NCBI GenBank assembly: GCA_964234715.1 | Contig: OZ174279.1 | Direction: 5' to 3' (one strand) | Origin: Podarcis melisellensis | Taxonomy: Eukaryota | Length of the DNA stretch: 64,000 bases | Part shown: positions 39,041-52,663 of the stretch, in pieces | Position numbering within the stretch: the first letter of the stretch is position 1 | Layout: every line of letters starts with the position of its first letter | Notes under the pieces: generated by a model | What the model saw: only the letters and a program-made list of their open reading frames with translations | Databases searched by the model: none | Told to the model about the DNA's origin: nothing | Program-made: the position numbers and the translations under genes

Positions 39041-40439
39041 TAAAAACCTACTTGTTTACCCAGACCTTTTGGTGTTTTGTTGTCCACTTAGTTTGTTCCG
39101 ATGAAATTTTACTGCTGTCATTGATGTTTATTTTTATTTGGTTTTCTAGTGTTTTTTATGTTTTTATTTTGTAATGCCACTTAATGTAATTAAAATATTT
39201 AAGCAGTTTACATAGAACAATTAAAATACAACATTCAATTTAAGTACAAAATTGAGCAAAACATTCAATAAAAGCTAGATGAAAATAAGTTTTTTAAAAA
39301 AACAAAACACAGCAGTATATCACAAATAAAACTGAACAGCGTAAAACAATAATAATAAAAATTAAGAATCAGTCTCCAGGTAAACTTGGCGGACGAAATA
39401 AGATTTTTAAAAACCTTAAAATATCATTCTTGTCTCGATTATTGAAATTGCTCTGGAATACCTTTTTGGAAACAGAGTGGGCTATGAATAATTTTAAATA
39501 AATATTTCAGAAATAGCTTGTACCAAGAATATCAAATAAAAAAGTTAAGGTCAAAGTGAATGGTGAGAATTAGATGCTAAGGGAGAATGATGTACGCCTT
39601 TTCTTTTGCCTGCTGATTTTCCTCTGTAGGCACTCCATTTGCATTATGGGAGAAACATGGGGTGGGAAGTACAATGATTCCCATCTAACGTCTGGTTTCA
39701 TTCCTAGTTTGAATCCCAATGAGGATTCTGCACTTGTGGGAGAATGAGGTGGCAGTAGAACGGGCTGTACCACTTCAGGCTGGAGACTGTCTTAGAAACA
39801 CTCTTTGGATTACATTTCTGTTAAAAACAAATAAATTCCTTGCAAGTAGTCCAGCAGGGTCCAGGCTCAGCTAGAACCTGTCTCCGCAGTGTGTATGTGT
39901 TTTTAAGTTGCAGCGTTTGTATGTGTGTTTTTACAAGGCTGAGAATTCAGAAATGGTATCTTCTCCCCGCAGCCTGAACTGGTGCAGTCCATTCTACCGC
40001 TACCTCCTTCTGCTGCATGTGTTATAACTGGTCTAAATTTTGGCAGGGTCTCAAGACAGTGCTTGTTATAACCAGTTAAATATGGCGGTGTGCTATGGGG
40101 GTGGGTGTTCTGTTGAATTCTGTGAGACCCACTTGCTGACTTTTAATTGTTTGATTTCCACCCATGCTCATGCGTGATATATAGAGACCTGGAACTGGTC
40201 AATTAAAACTAAACTGCTGATAGTTTAATTTGTTGGGTGATGTTTCCTGGGAGAGAAGAACATTCTCTCACCATCCAATCATCTCTGGATATGTGTGTAC
40301 AGTTGGATATACTCCATGACGTTTTGTAGATTCAGCTTAGGACCATCCGCTGTGCAATGTCCACCTCCCTCCTGCCCTTTACAATGTTGCTACTGTTGGG
40401 GCCCCTCCTCCCATCACCCTCCAGCAGGGGGGACGCAGT

Positions 40440-41040
40440 AAGTTTGTGTGACCTTAGCACTAAATTCAGACTGCAGGAGTTACCTTCTATAATGATGTCA
40501 ACTGATTAGGTTAGCGGGGCTGGTGGCAGCCACGATAAGACGTGACATGTTCTAATGATTTGCTTTAGCAGGAGCGCAGGAGCAATGAGGAGGAAGAGGC
40601 AGGAAAGGCGGGGGGCCTACAGGTGCCGACAAAGACTTTGACCTTTGCTGCTATAATATCAGTTATTCACAGGCCAGGCGGTTCGGTAACCCACTTCCAG
40701 ACCATCAAAAATTGATTTAATTGCAATTTCCCCCCCAATTCAGAGCACTGGAGCTTGACTAATTGGAGTAATAGAGAGTAATAAGGCTCTGATTAAAAAA
40801 AAGCTTTCCTCTGCCTCCTTTTGTATCCTGTGTCATTGCCTGTCAGAGGTCAGGGAGCCTGCATATTCTATTAGGCCGAGTTGCCTTCATTTGGACAAAT
40901 TAGTTTACCCAACAGTAATTAAAATGCCAATGTGGGTCGGGAAGAGCTGAATGCAATTGATGGGCAAGTTGGTGAAGGATTTGACAGCTTTGGTGGCCGC
41001 CCTTGCCAGAGCGTGTCGGTGCGGACTCAAAGGCTGCACC
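40440..41040. promoter_or_regulatory. Candidate conserved intronic enhancer
   Basis: No recognisable repeat; dense TAAT cores, TGATTTAAT, TGACCTTTG; CpG retention. Conservation untested. Confidence 0.5.
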
Positions 41041-41984
41041 AGTTTGGGTCTATGTGGCTAGCACAGCTCTGGGGTTGAAAGAGGCTCAGGAAAAGTGTCC
41101 TTCTCTTTGGTCTCCTCTCTCTGTGCGCTCAGTTCCTCCCCTTGTTTCTTTATGACACTTGGGTTCATTCCTCCCTGACGCCCAGACTCTTTGTCCCAAC
41201 GAGACCGCCCTCAGCCCCCTTTGCCGTACCCCCCATTTCCCAGCTGCTGGGCTCTTGCTAAGTAATAGGTTCTTTGTTTCTTGGTTCGATGATCCTTCAT
41301 ATAGAATAATTTCCAAAATGCGATGATAACATCCAGTTTAAAGGGTGTGGGGATAGGCGGGAGAGAAGAACAGAGATAGAAGCTTGTGTGATGCAGCCAG
41401 ATTCTGGAGTCCCATATGCAAAGAGCTGTGCAGGACTTGGTGGAAAGTGTTGGGTTAATAGAGTAGAATGGGTAGAATTATGGGATAAAATGGAAAAGAA
41501 CTGAAACATGGTTAATTTGGATGCAGGTGCAAGAGACAGGGTAGCACATTAAGCCTTAGTTCTAAAGCAACTGACAACCTGGAAATGGTCTTGGTACCTG
41601 GAAATAAAGTGCAATACTTGCAGGGCATATGCTATATTTTGGATGCTTTTGGTTGCCTGGGGTTCATCTACAGTACATCAAGGCTGAGAATATATTCAAG
41701 TGGCAACTTTAATCTTTATTTTCCTTTTATGGCAAACAATGAACAATTTGCCTGCTTCTGTCGGCCTGGCTTATCCTATAGTGCACTGTATATCTAGGTT
41801 CTAGAGCTGTAATAGATGTATTGGTTCATATGGGGAGAGGCGGCCCTTGAGGTATTGTAGTCTTGAATCGTTTAAGGCTTTATAGGTCAAAACCAGAACT
41901 TGAATTCAGCCCAGAAACTAATCGGCAGCCAGTGCAGTCAGGCCAGGACGGGTGTAATATGCTCACGTTTACCACTGGCAAGCC

Positions 41985-42752
41985 AGGTGTTCCCCATCTT
42001 ATGTTTGTGCAGCCTGCCTAAGTGTTAAACCTGACATTCATCTCTATTGAAATTCATTTTGTTAGTTTTGGTGTTATCTGCAGGTGTGTTGAGTATTCAC
42101 TCAATTCCTTCATCCAAGTCTCTTATAAAGACGTTGGACAACAACGGGCCCAGGACAGAACCCTGTGTTCTTTTGCTACTTTTTTCCAGGATGCCAAGGA
42201 AATGTTAGTGAGCATTCTTTGGGTTTGGCCAGCCAGAGAGCTACAAATCCACCTAACAGTTACCTAGTCCAGTCCATATTTTACCAGCTTCTCCACAAAA
42301 ATACTAGGGGGAATTTTTCAAAAGCCTGACTGAAATTGAGATACACTGCATCCATAGCATTCCCCTGATCCACTAAGCTTGTAATTCTACAAAAGGAAAA
42401 GAAAAAGAAATTATATTCGTCTGGCATGACTTGTTTTTGAAAAACCCATGCTGGGTCTTAGTAATCACAGTATCTTTTCCCAAGTGTTCACACACAAACT
42501 GTTTAATTGTCTGCTCTAGGACCTTCCCTGGTATTGATGTCAAGCTTACCAGTCAGTAGTTACCTGGGTCTCCCCCCCCCCTTTGAAGATGGGGACAACA
42601 TTTGCCCGTCTCCAGCCTGTAGGGACCTCGCCTGTACTTCAAGAATTCTCAAAGATAATAGACAAAGGCTCTGAAATTGCACCCAAAAGCTCCTTTAGTA
42701 CCCTTGGATGCAGCTCATCAGGCCATGGAGATTTGAATTCATTTAAAGTAGC
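41985..42752 (-). mobile_element. CR1 LINE internal fragment
   Basis: Reverse complement matches segments of the CR1 at 18950-19900 (e.g. tccatagcattcccctgatccactaagct; gaattcatttaaagtagc). Confidence 0.85.
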
Positions 42753-44439
42753 TAAAAAGTTGAAAATGTGGATAGCCCCTTTATGCTCTCAAAAAATAGT
42801 AACAAAGCCATAATTTTAGAATTGAATGTGCATGAAATGGCACCAGTCTCTTTAACCTCAACAATAGAAACATTCCAATTATGAGATTTCCTACAGACCC
42901 TTTTCTGCACTAGGTTGGCAGGGTACATTGGTGGGTCAGGATCTGTTTAGCTAGAGGGAAGTGGTGCAAAGCTAAGGAGCAATGTGGAAGTCAACTGCCG
43001 AGAAATTTCTAATCCCTACCACAGACTGGCATGGAGGCTGTACCAGCAGAGTGGCAGGGATTAGTGCTGGTGATCTCCACCCACTTCTCCTTTCTTATTG
43101 GCATACCTTGATGCTAATTTAGACCTGTGCAGTCTCTGGAGGGGTGCTGCATACTTCTTCTGAAAGATCTATATGCCTGTATAGACAGAGCAAGGGGGAG
43201 AGGGAGCAAAAACCTTTAAAACCCAATTGCCCACTTCAGTGATTTCCAATCTGCTATTATATTTCTGACCACAGTAATTGGCGTTACTATTTACTAATGG
43301 CTTATGGTAAAGGGGGGAAAGAGACAAAAACCCAGCACCTCACTTTGTAGTTCAGGGCTGCTAAAAATTGCTTGCCAACTTTGAAATGTGTGTCAGTTGA
43401 TATGATGCTCTATCCTTAATTTTTTTTATTTCAAAATATTTATATTTCACTTTTCCATATTAAGAGCTTGTCAGTGTTCAGACATCTCACCTTTGATAGC
43501 CTGTTAGGAGTGGAGCAGATTCTTATCATGGGCATCAGGTCAGCAACTTGGACCTTCAGTTGGACCTCAAGGGAACCTGCTAGCTGGTTGATAGACAGAA
43601 ATCAATCATTTTCTTCTGGCTTTTAACCCTCCATCAACAGTGGGGCCAAGCACAATAACCCTTTTTTGTATTCCACAACTCCTTATTCCTGGTGAGCAAT
43701 TAATTGCCATGTGATATTTTAGGATTCTCCTCAGTTTAGTTAAAAATCTATGGCTTTACTCTTATGGTTGGCGGTTACAAATTTATCTCTGTTGGAATGA
43801 CAGAGAAAATGAAGAACTATGCTTGTAAGGCAATGGGGTGAAAGCAGCCTTGTCAGATGCTCTTGATTCATTAGTTACTTGTCATGTCAACAGGTACTTA
43901 CCTCAGAACCTATTCTGTCCATTTTGTGTGAGAAAAGCGCATATAGAGTGGGGAAAATTGAATGATAGTCATCACATTTTACTCAGGGTAGACCTCTTGA
44001 AATCAATGGACATAACATAGACATGTTCATGAATTTCAGTGCGTCTATTCTGAGTAAAATATAGTTGAATACCACCCACTATTTTGACTATTTTCATATT
44101 GGGTGAATCATTCACTTTCCTTACCATTACCACAAATGACATTGGGGATCAATAGTACTCCACATGTTTACAAAAACCTTGTACAAACCTGATTTTTTAA
44201 AAAGCATTTTTCTGCAGCTGAAACATTTCTTCTGACCCAGCAAAACAGTATATTTTTTAAATCAAATTATCATTTCGTACAAAGTTTACTGATTGCTTTT
44301 GGGGTCACCGAGCCCCCAGATGGATCTGCATATGTTTGCAAGCACCTAGGACTCTTACTTTGACAAGTGGCAGACTTAATGACAGCTCTCAGTCAAGGAC
44401 CTTGAGATGGCCACTTTCCTCTATTCACAAAAAGTCCTA

Positions 44440-44735
44440 TGCGAGATGTGCTGTTAAGGGTTGCCCTCAACACTTCCAGACCAATATGTCACTGGCCTTC
44501 TTCAAAAGTCAATTAAAGCCGGGGATTTGATGATCATCTTCAATGCGGAGCAACCAGTGTGAGAGACAGGCTTCCCCCATGCAAAACCTGTGGGATGTTT
44601 ACCAACACTCTCCCACAATGCTTTGTGCCATGTGAAAACATTAGAATTGACGAACAAGTGGTGCCATTCCAAGGAGGACATCCAATGAGGCAGTATATGC
44701 CATCTAAGCCAGCGAAGGATGACATCAAGTCCATA
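44440..44735 (+). pseudogene. piggyBac transposase relic (PGBD4-like)
   Basis: ORF 44559..44792 contains FVPCENIRIDEQVVPFQGGHPMRQYMPSKPAKDDIK, matching the piggyBac DEQLVPFKGRCPFRQYIPSKPAKYGIK block; frameshifted upstream. Confidence 0.85.
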
Positions 44736-44889
44736 AACTTTATTCTGTTTATGATATATATGTGTGGAAAGAAGGGTTTCTCGGCAGCATAAAACCTAGA
44801 CAGATAGTGTCAGAGAAACTAATATCACATTTATAGGGTTTTAGGCTGTTCTGTGCCACAGTCCAGGGAATTAGCTAAGAAAAAACTAA

Positions 44890-45106
44890 NNNNNNNNNNN
44901 NNNNNNNNNNNNNNNNNNNNNNNNNNNNNNNNNNNNNNNNNNNNNNNNNNNNNNNNNNNNNNNNNNNNNNNNNNNNNNNNNNNNNNNNNNNNNNNNNNNN
45001 NNNNNNNNNNNNNNNNNNNNNNNNNNNNNNNNNNNNNNNNNNNNNNNNNNNNNNNNNNNNNNNNNNNNNNNNNNNNNNNNNNNNNNNNNNNNNNNNNNNN
45101 NNNNNN
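44890..45106. other. Assembly gap (217 N)
   Basis: Run of N. Confidence 1.
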
Positions 45107-45809
45107 TCTTTGCCCACAAATCCTGAAGCGTCAACAGCAACAGTTGGTTTTCTAGAAAATCTAACACCTGTAAGCTAGATGCCATGGAAAGGAAAGACAT
45201 CGATTCTCTTTTCTTCAAAGCATGGTGCAGCAATCTCAGGGCCCTCTCGACTGGTGTTTCGTTGGTTTTTTTGCCAAGTGTATTCTGTAGTATGTCATAG
45301 TTTTAGACTATGCTCATTATTTATTGTTCTGCAGAATTTCCTTGATGTTGCCACATTAATTGCCTTCTAAAGGGTGCTCTTACACTATAGTGCAACAGAA
45401 GAAAAGCAGGGTAGAGTGGGAAGCAGAACAGCAACAAAAGAACCAGGACAGTTTCAGTCTGAAAAGTTGCAGGATTTCAGCAAGGAGCTATGAGACTTGG
45501 GGTGAGACTAGGGAGTTGCTGCTTTTGTGTTTGTTTGTGATTACTGTGGATATGTTTATGAAGCCGCTCCAAGAGACAATCTTCTGATCCAGATGTCCAA
45601 CTGAAAAGGGCAGTTGGACACTTACCCACAAAAATGGGGGATGAAGCAGCAGTTGCACTGATACCTTTAGCTTTGTGCTTCGTTCAACCTGCCTAAGGAG
45701 CTCTAAGAGCTTTTCATGTAATAATTCTGACTGTGTGCTGCAGTAATCTTCCTACATAGGCAACATGGATCAGCACTAACAGTGCTGCAAATTGGAGAAA
45801 GGTATTACA

Positions 45810-46190
45810 TTGGTTCACACGATGTGCTCAGCCAAACATTGGCATAGCAAGACTGTGCAGGGTTGTGGGCTCTTAAGAGGCAGTTGCAGCCCCTTTGTTC
45901 CTCCCTGGTCCTGATTGTTGCTGAGTTGCTTTGGTTTAGCATGCTGTCTGAACTGGAGCTTGTGGTTATGCTCTCTCCTCACTAACCATCAGTTGTAGCC
46001 AATGTTTGCTCTTGGTTTCAGCTCGTAGTTAGTGAGGAGAGAATTGAACGACAAGTCCTTGTTTGGATGAGGCAGCAAAACGGACAGGAGGAACGTAGTG
46101 ACTAAGTGCAACTCTCTGGGAGTCCACATGTTTGTGCAGTCTTGCAAAGTGAAGGTTTGGCTTAGCATGTCATGTGAGCCAGTTCATTAT
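45810..46190. repeat. Interspersed repeat with terminal inverted similarity (probable non-autonomous DNA element)
   Basis: ggttcacacgatgtgctcagccaaac at the left end and gtttggcttagcatgtcatgtgagcc at the right; related aaaccatggttt-rich relics at ~23690-23830, ~28310-28450, ~32790-33090, ~34160-34330. Confidence 0.5.
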
Positions 46191-46656
46191 GTATGTAGGT
46201 GTAGGATGGCTTGTCTTGAAATAGTTTTTGCAGAAAAATGCTCTTCCCTTCCTTCATTTAAAGAAAATGGCTTAGGGACCTGGGAATCATCTGTTTATGC
46301 TGGCATTGTCATGATGGTAGGCATTTAGTTTTTCTGGTTATATTACTATCTTGAGACTATAAACTTGAATAATGTTTAGAGTTGCACTAGAGCTCGTGTT
46401 AAAAGAACACCTTTCCATGTTTCGTAGTCCAATGCCTTGACTTGAACCGCAGCCGCATTGCAGACTCTATTCCAGCTTGTGCACTTTGCTTTTTACTGCT
46501 GTGGTTTCAGGGCATGGAAGTTCATGCATTACACCTCTCAAATGTTTTGGCATCTGACCTCTGTGTATTTCATCCGCTTGTGGTCATACAAATATTTAGT
46601 AATGGTACAAAGAGGATGGCTAATAATGTTTTGTTTTTTTCTTTCTTGATTGACAG

Positions 46657-46722
46657 TTCATTTGTGACTGGAACAGCTTGCTGTGGACATACCTCACCTT
46701 TGAGAATCTGGGACTTGGGGAG
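46657..46722 (+). CDS. FBXW4: FBXW4 coding exon 6 (SFVTGTACCGHTSPLRIWDLG)
   Basis: Acceptor ttcttgattgacAG, donor AG|gtaaga; 66 nt; 3' end of ORF 46442..46726. Confidence 0.95.
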
Positions 46723-47715
46723 GTAAGACTCTCTTATAGTTGTGGCAGTAAATAGAAAAATCTGCCTGTGGGATGAATACTTGTGGAAACTTTCTAAGAC
46801 CTGACTGTAGTTGAAAATTAATGTGTACCATTAACTCAGAAGTAGCCGAGACTTGAAGTCATCTGGTTCAGCTTAGTCATTGATCTCTGGACCAAAATCC
46901 TGCATTAGAGATATTTGTATACTTTTTTGCACATTAGAGATATTTGTATACTTTTTCGCTGATTAACAGTCTCTGTGCTTGGTGAATTATGTGTAATGTG
47001 GTTCCTGTGCTTAGACTACAGAAGAATGAGGGCTGCTTTGGCTTTTTCTGTTCCCATCCTCCTTGCCCATGAACTTCTCCTGGCTTACCTCAAATAGAAG
47101 CAGCACTGAGGAGCAAGTGAGGAGTGGCTGTGTCACCTTTTCTGCCTTTCCCAAGGAAGCCTCTAGAGATAATAAAGCTATGTAGAAAATAGGATTAAGG
47201 TAATGAACAGGCAGGATGGAGTTTGATCTTTCAATAAGGCAAAAGCCTGACTGACAGGCAGAGCTAAAGCCTGGAACCATCCAACCAATGGGAAACTACC
47301 TACAGTGGCTGCTGAGTGTCACGGATTCCTCCCTTTTCACTTGTTTTTAGTGGAATGCACTGTGCCACTGGGCTGCCCATCTCAGGCCTCACATGGAGGG
47401 AGGAGCAAAAGTCTACACAATTTGGGTCTCTCACATATACAGGTTAATCGGAAGTCTGTAGTTGGTGGGGCAACTTCTCACGAGAAGTGGTTGTTGGTGA
47501 AATTTGGGCAGTTATGGAGGAGAAGGACCAGCAGTGTTTCTCCGTACTGGTATTTTAATTTTTGTTCTGTTACTGCATTGCTTTTTTTTAGCCAGGAGGT
47601 ATTTTTTGTGAGTTTGTGTTCTCTTCTGGACCCACCAATGTAGCTAGCCCTCACACTGTCCAAAAGAGTCACTGCTGAATACCTGCAAGTCCATAAATAC
47701 TTCTGTTACTTACTT

Positions 47716-47871
47716 CAGGGGTGTCCAAACTTTTTTCAAAGAGGGCCAGATTTGATGAAGTGAACATGCGGCCGACCAAAGTTGTTGAGCTTTTTCAAGG
47801 ATTTTACCCCAGGAAATAAACTGCCACAGTGGGCCAGGTTAGGCCCCCGAAACAGACTTTGGACATGCCTG
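47716..47871. mobile_element. hAT MITE
   Basis: TIRs caggggtgtccaaac / ctttggacatgcctg; TSD acttactt/gcttactt. Confidence 0.85.
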
Positions 47872-50800
47872 GCTTACTTGCACTCTAGAATGCTATATGT
47901 AGTAAGCAAACAATTGATAGATTCCCCCTCCCAACTCATTTTGTATAGCTTAAGTGTTTGAATATTTTCTTTATTATTTATAGCCCTCCTGCTCCTGGCT
48001 CATTTGCCACCTCAATACTGGACCTCCTTCCCCCCTCGCTTCTTTCCTTCCTCCCTCTCCAAACAGCCTTGTGCTTCTTCACAATTTTAATCTTTCAAGT
48101 GTCATGTTTTCTCTTTCCTTCCTCTGCTGTTTCTATCAATATTTTGTAACCTTCTTGCCCATTCAGCTGCACATCTCTTTGTCACATACCTCTCCCTATA
48201 TCTTTTCCCCACTCTGGCTGACAAGTCCCTTGTACCTCCTTTTTCTGCTTTGGCAGTTCTAGGTAGATAAACATATGTCTGTGCAGTAGCAGATTCTCTA
48301 TTTAGTATTCAAGTCTCTCTCCTTTGCCCTCACGGGGCCACAGGACACTGTTGGATTGCTGATCATTGTGATCCAGCTGCAGAGCTTTACTAAAGATCCC
48401 AGAACTGAGACCAAGGAAGCAGGCACATTCCAGACTGACCCCTCTCTTTCCCCTCTAATCTAATGTTGGCTTGACTGTGGCCAAATGGATTCTGCTACCT
48501 TAGTAGTTGTTTCTTTCCAAAGCCCTTTTGCTGCTCATCTTTTAGCTGAACTATGGTGGTCCATTTGGGTGTTGTTTTCCCAGAAAGATGTTTGGGTGCC
48601 TCTCTTTCTGGTGCATTGGCTCAAGAAGTTGGAACATGCCACAGAATTACACCAAAGGTGTGGTTTCTGTTTGTGACTTTACTTGGTTGGTGATGGGATG
48701 ACCTTTGCTTTTTTCCCTGACCCTGTGTTTCTAACACTTTGGATGTGTGAAAAGCTATGCCATGCTGCTTGGACACCAAACATAGCACAGAATCTTAGTG
48801 GAGCTTGGAGGGCTCCCACCCTCAGGGGGATGGGAAACAGATGCTGCTTCTGAATGTTTCTATTTACCCATGCAGCTCACCACTTTTGGGACTGTGTTGC
48901 AGTGGTAGTACGCTGGACTATGTGTTCAGATCCATATTTCTGCCCCCACCTCTGCCACTGACATCTGTGTAAGATGTTTGCCATTGTCACTTGTTCTGGG
49001 TCCACTTTCTGTTATCTGCTCTACAGGAAAGCAAAATAGGGATATTGCCCAGAAAAATCTGGGGGATATTTTAGATAGCTGTTTGTTTGGCCTAGGTAAA
49101 ATCAGCAGCTTGCTATAAATATCCAGTATTGCAACAGAACTGTTCTAAACTTTCATATTGTGGCCTCAGTACTATAAAAGTCCTGGTTACTGTCCCCGAG
49201 GAGGGAAATATGTGTCAGGTACACAAAATGCATTCTGGAGGAAAGTAAATAAAGAAGATTGGTATTTTTCAAAAGGCTCAAGGAGATGCCTGCATGATGA
49301 TTGGTGGCCAATAGGGAACTGGGAAACAAAGCTTGCATGTGCCTTAAAACTGTTGGACAAACTTCGGGTACTTTCTCCTTCTAGTGTTATTTAAAACAGT
49401 AAATAACACTTTTGATGCTATTCACAGTTGGTTCCTGAATCCCGCTGTCACTGGATATAATACTGCACACAAACAAACAATAATCTGACAAAGTCATGAA
49501 TGGCAGTATTGATGACAATGCACCCTCTGCAAGATGTCTTTAAGCAGAAGGTGGAGGTGAAAAGAAGGGCATGGATAACGAGTGTGTGAACGTGTGTGTA
49601 TATACATGTGCATACACCTTGCATACACCTGCTTTTCTTCTTCGAGTGAATAACTGAACTGGCTACTGTTGAGTCCTGGGTTGGATGGACCATTCACCTG
49701 ATCCAATGAGACTTTTCTTGTGCTCTAACATGCACCTTGATCCCACAGCTCTGCAGAGACCCTGTGAACACTGGTCATAATTAGCTGTACTATTTCCAAA
49801 CATTCTTCCCTCTTCTAAATAATCTTTTTCTTAAAAGTACTTGTGACAGCTTTTTTAAGGGAACCCTCTAATTTTTCTTCTTCAGTTCTCGATCTTTTTA
49901 ACTCTTTGAAATTGGCTTCATGCCATCTCTGACACCAAACTGACACCTTTGCCTTTCCCCACTTCTTATCCCTTTATAGCAACAGATGTTGAAATTTTGT
50001 ATCCCTTTTATCTGCCCCTCTTTAACCTCTTCCTGTAATTAGGTTCCCCTTGTTAGCAGTACAAAGTGGGTTGGTCCGCTACCTAGCCTGCCTTTTGAGC
50101 TATTGTGTCTGAGCACATGTGGTTTTGGGTTATTTGGAAAAGTCCCTTCCCCCTTAGGTAATAGCGGTGGGCGGATGGACAAAGATTGTGGCTTTTTTCT
50201 TCTTCTTCTTCATTTATCTTTGCCAAGGAAGAAGAAGAAAGGGAGGAGGGGTAGGGAGCACATGTGAAGCGAAAGCCACAGACCTTCACTTCTCATCCAG
50301 TTGGGTTTTCTGTTTCTTTCCTCTCTGGTGCCTTTTTTCTTACCCCTTTGAGTGCTTAGGTAGGGCCCTTTTGATGTCCTTTTGGGTACAGTTTAAAAGT
50401 GTGTGTGAGAGAAAGAGTGATCAGTGTTTGTTGTTTCTTTCCCCACTTCTTGTCAGTAAAATAATATGCATAACATTTCATTAAATTCCTGAGATGCTTA
50501 ACATAATGAATATACTTCACAACTCTGCTGTAAATTACATCGTTTCAACAATTCTCTCCTGTACTTTCAGTCTCCTTCATTCCAGATTAATTGGATTAAT
50601 TTGATTAACATTCACAATAATACCTACTGCTTCATTCATAATAGGGATTTTAAAATAAGTGACTTGAGATTTGAAATGCTAGTCAAAGATATTACTGTAA
50701 AGTGAAAGAGGAGAGCCCTGTGTAAATGCCACGCTAAGCATCACACATTCTGACATGTGCGAATTTGTTGGATTGGTGCTGTTCAATTTATATTTCACCT

Positions 50801-52363
50801 AATACTGTATACAAATTAATTGCACATTACACTTATTCCTGTGAAAGATGAATAAACTCAGTTTCATAACAAAGTTATCTTGTTGCCTGCCTCTTCTGAC
50901 CCATTACATTTGTTTGTTTAATCATATATAAGCTATATCCCTCATTCTTATTATCCAGGCTACTGTTGAAGGGAGTGTGTATCTGGCTTTTTCTCACATT
51001 TTTTCACCCATAACCCTGACTTTTCAAACTTTGTGTAGTCTTTTAGGGATCTTTGTTGCACCAACAAATGGTTTAGTATCTGCCTCACTTAAGATTCTGG
51101 AGGAAATGTATCTGTGCTTGACCTATATCCTGTTTAATTTGATAGTATGATTTAATTATGCCTTCTTTCAATATTTTCTGAGCAAAATCACTCCAAACAT
51201 ATCCCAATGCTACATATTATTCAAATATCTTTGTTTAAGAAACCTTCCAGGTGAGATTTAGAGTGACTTTTCATATATGAATTCAAGCTTATTCAGCTTT
51301 TTATTTGCAAATACCATAGAAACATGGCCTCTAATCAAAATGGAAAGCGTAAGTTGTATTGCTTTCCTTTCATTGAAATCAAGTAAAGATATCTGCAAAA
51401 AAGTGCATTCTAAGATGAATTTCTCTTTTGGGGCTTGAATAGGATCCTGCAAAAGTTTAAGGCCAGTTTTTATACAACACATTACATCCATAAAATGAAG
51501 ACCTTTTCCACAATTTTATTGAGCAGGGATTGAAAACATAAGACCTTCCTGATATTGTTGGACTCTAAATGCCATCAGCATTGGTCAGCATGGTCAGTAG
51601 ATTAGGGATGATGAAAGCTGTAGTACAACAACATCTGGATAGTCCCATGTTCCCCATTCCTACTGTTGATTCAGAACATACCAAGTTATCTGTAGTTGTT
51701 CAGTAAGATCAATATATATTCATGCTGATATGGAATGGCAAGGATGTGGAGGAGATTAGCCTGCCTGTGATTCCCCAATTAAGATAAATCACAGAGACCT
51801 TTATTGGGAATACTCGTTGACCTACCACTGCTTCTTGAGAAACAGGTTGGAGGTGTTGCCAGGAGGGTCTCCTACGATATTCTGGTCATAAGGAAGTTTT
51901 CCCTCCTCCCTCTTATAGAAATATCAGACTTTGCTATGCTGATCCATGCCACTGTAGTTTCCAAGCTAAAGAATCTTGATCAGAATTTAGATGTTCACTT
52001 TTGGAAGCACAGTCTCTTTCAAATATCACAATTTAAAAATAAGCCTTTTTGTCTCTGTGCTGACATGTAACCAGAATGCACTTTCACCCTCTGAAGCTTA
52101 ATATATTTTACTGTTAAGAGGGGCAGCATATGGTTTTATCTGATTGATACCCAAGTCAAGAGGAGTTGAACAAGTAAGATTTTCTCCAGGTATATCTCAA
52201 GGGGCTTCTCCGACCTTAGTTTTGGGTACACTTTGTAGAGGTTAATATACTTTGTAGAGCTTTAGTGTCTGTGTTTTGCATTTGGGGAGGGGGTTGTGTA
52301 AATACGCCTTATGGATAGAGTCAAACTCTAATAATTTGAAATAAATTAAAAAAATTAAAAATT

Positions 52364-52456
52364 GTCCAGTAGCACCTTAGAGACCAACTAAGTTTGTTCT
52401 GGGTATAATGCATGCACACAAAAGCTTATACCTAGAACAAACTTAGTTTGTCTCTA
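52364..52456. mobile_element. Penelope-like inverted terminal repeat pair at gap edge
   Basis: 31-bp inverted arms 52378-52408 and 52426-52456 (29/31 match); sequence resembles squamate Penelope termini. Confidence 0.7.
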
Positions 52457-52663
52457 NNNNNNNNNNNNNNNNNNNNNNNNNNNNNNNNNNNNNNNNNNNN
52501 NNNNNNNNNNNNNNNNNNNNNNNNNNNNNNNNNNNNNNNNNNNNNNNNNNNNNNNNNNNNNNNNNNNNNNNNNNNNNNNNNNNNNNNNNNNNNNNNNNNN
52601 NNNNNNNNNNNNNNNNNNNNNNNNNNNNNNNNNNNNNNNNNNNNNNNNNNNNNNNNNNNNNNN
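52457..52663. other. Assembly gap (207 N)
   Basis: Run of N. Confidence 1.

Noticed and set aside
40421-40436. CTCF-like CCAGCAGGGGGGAC
   Set aside because: Lacks the conserved GGC end of the core; too weak to call.
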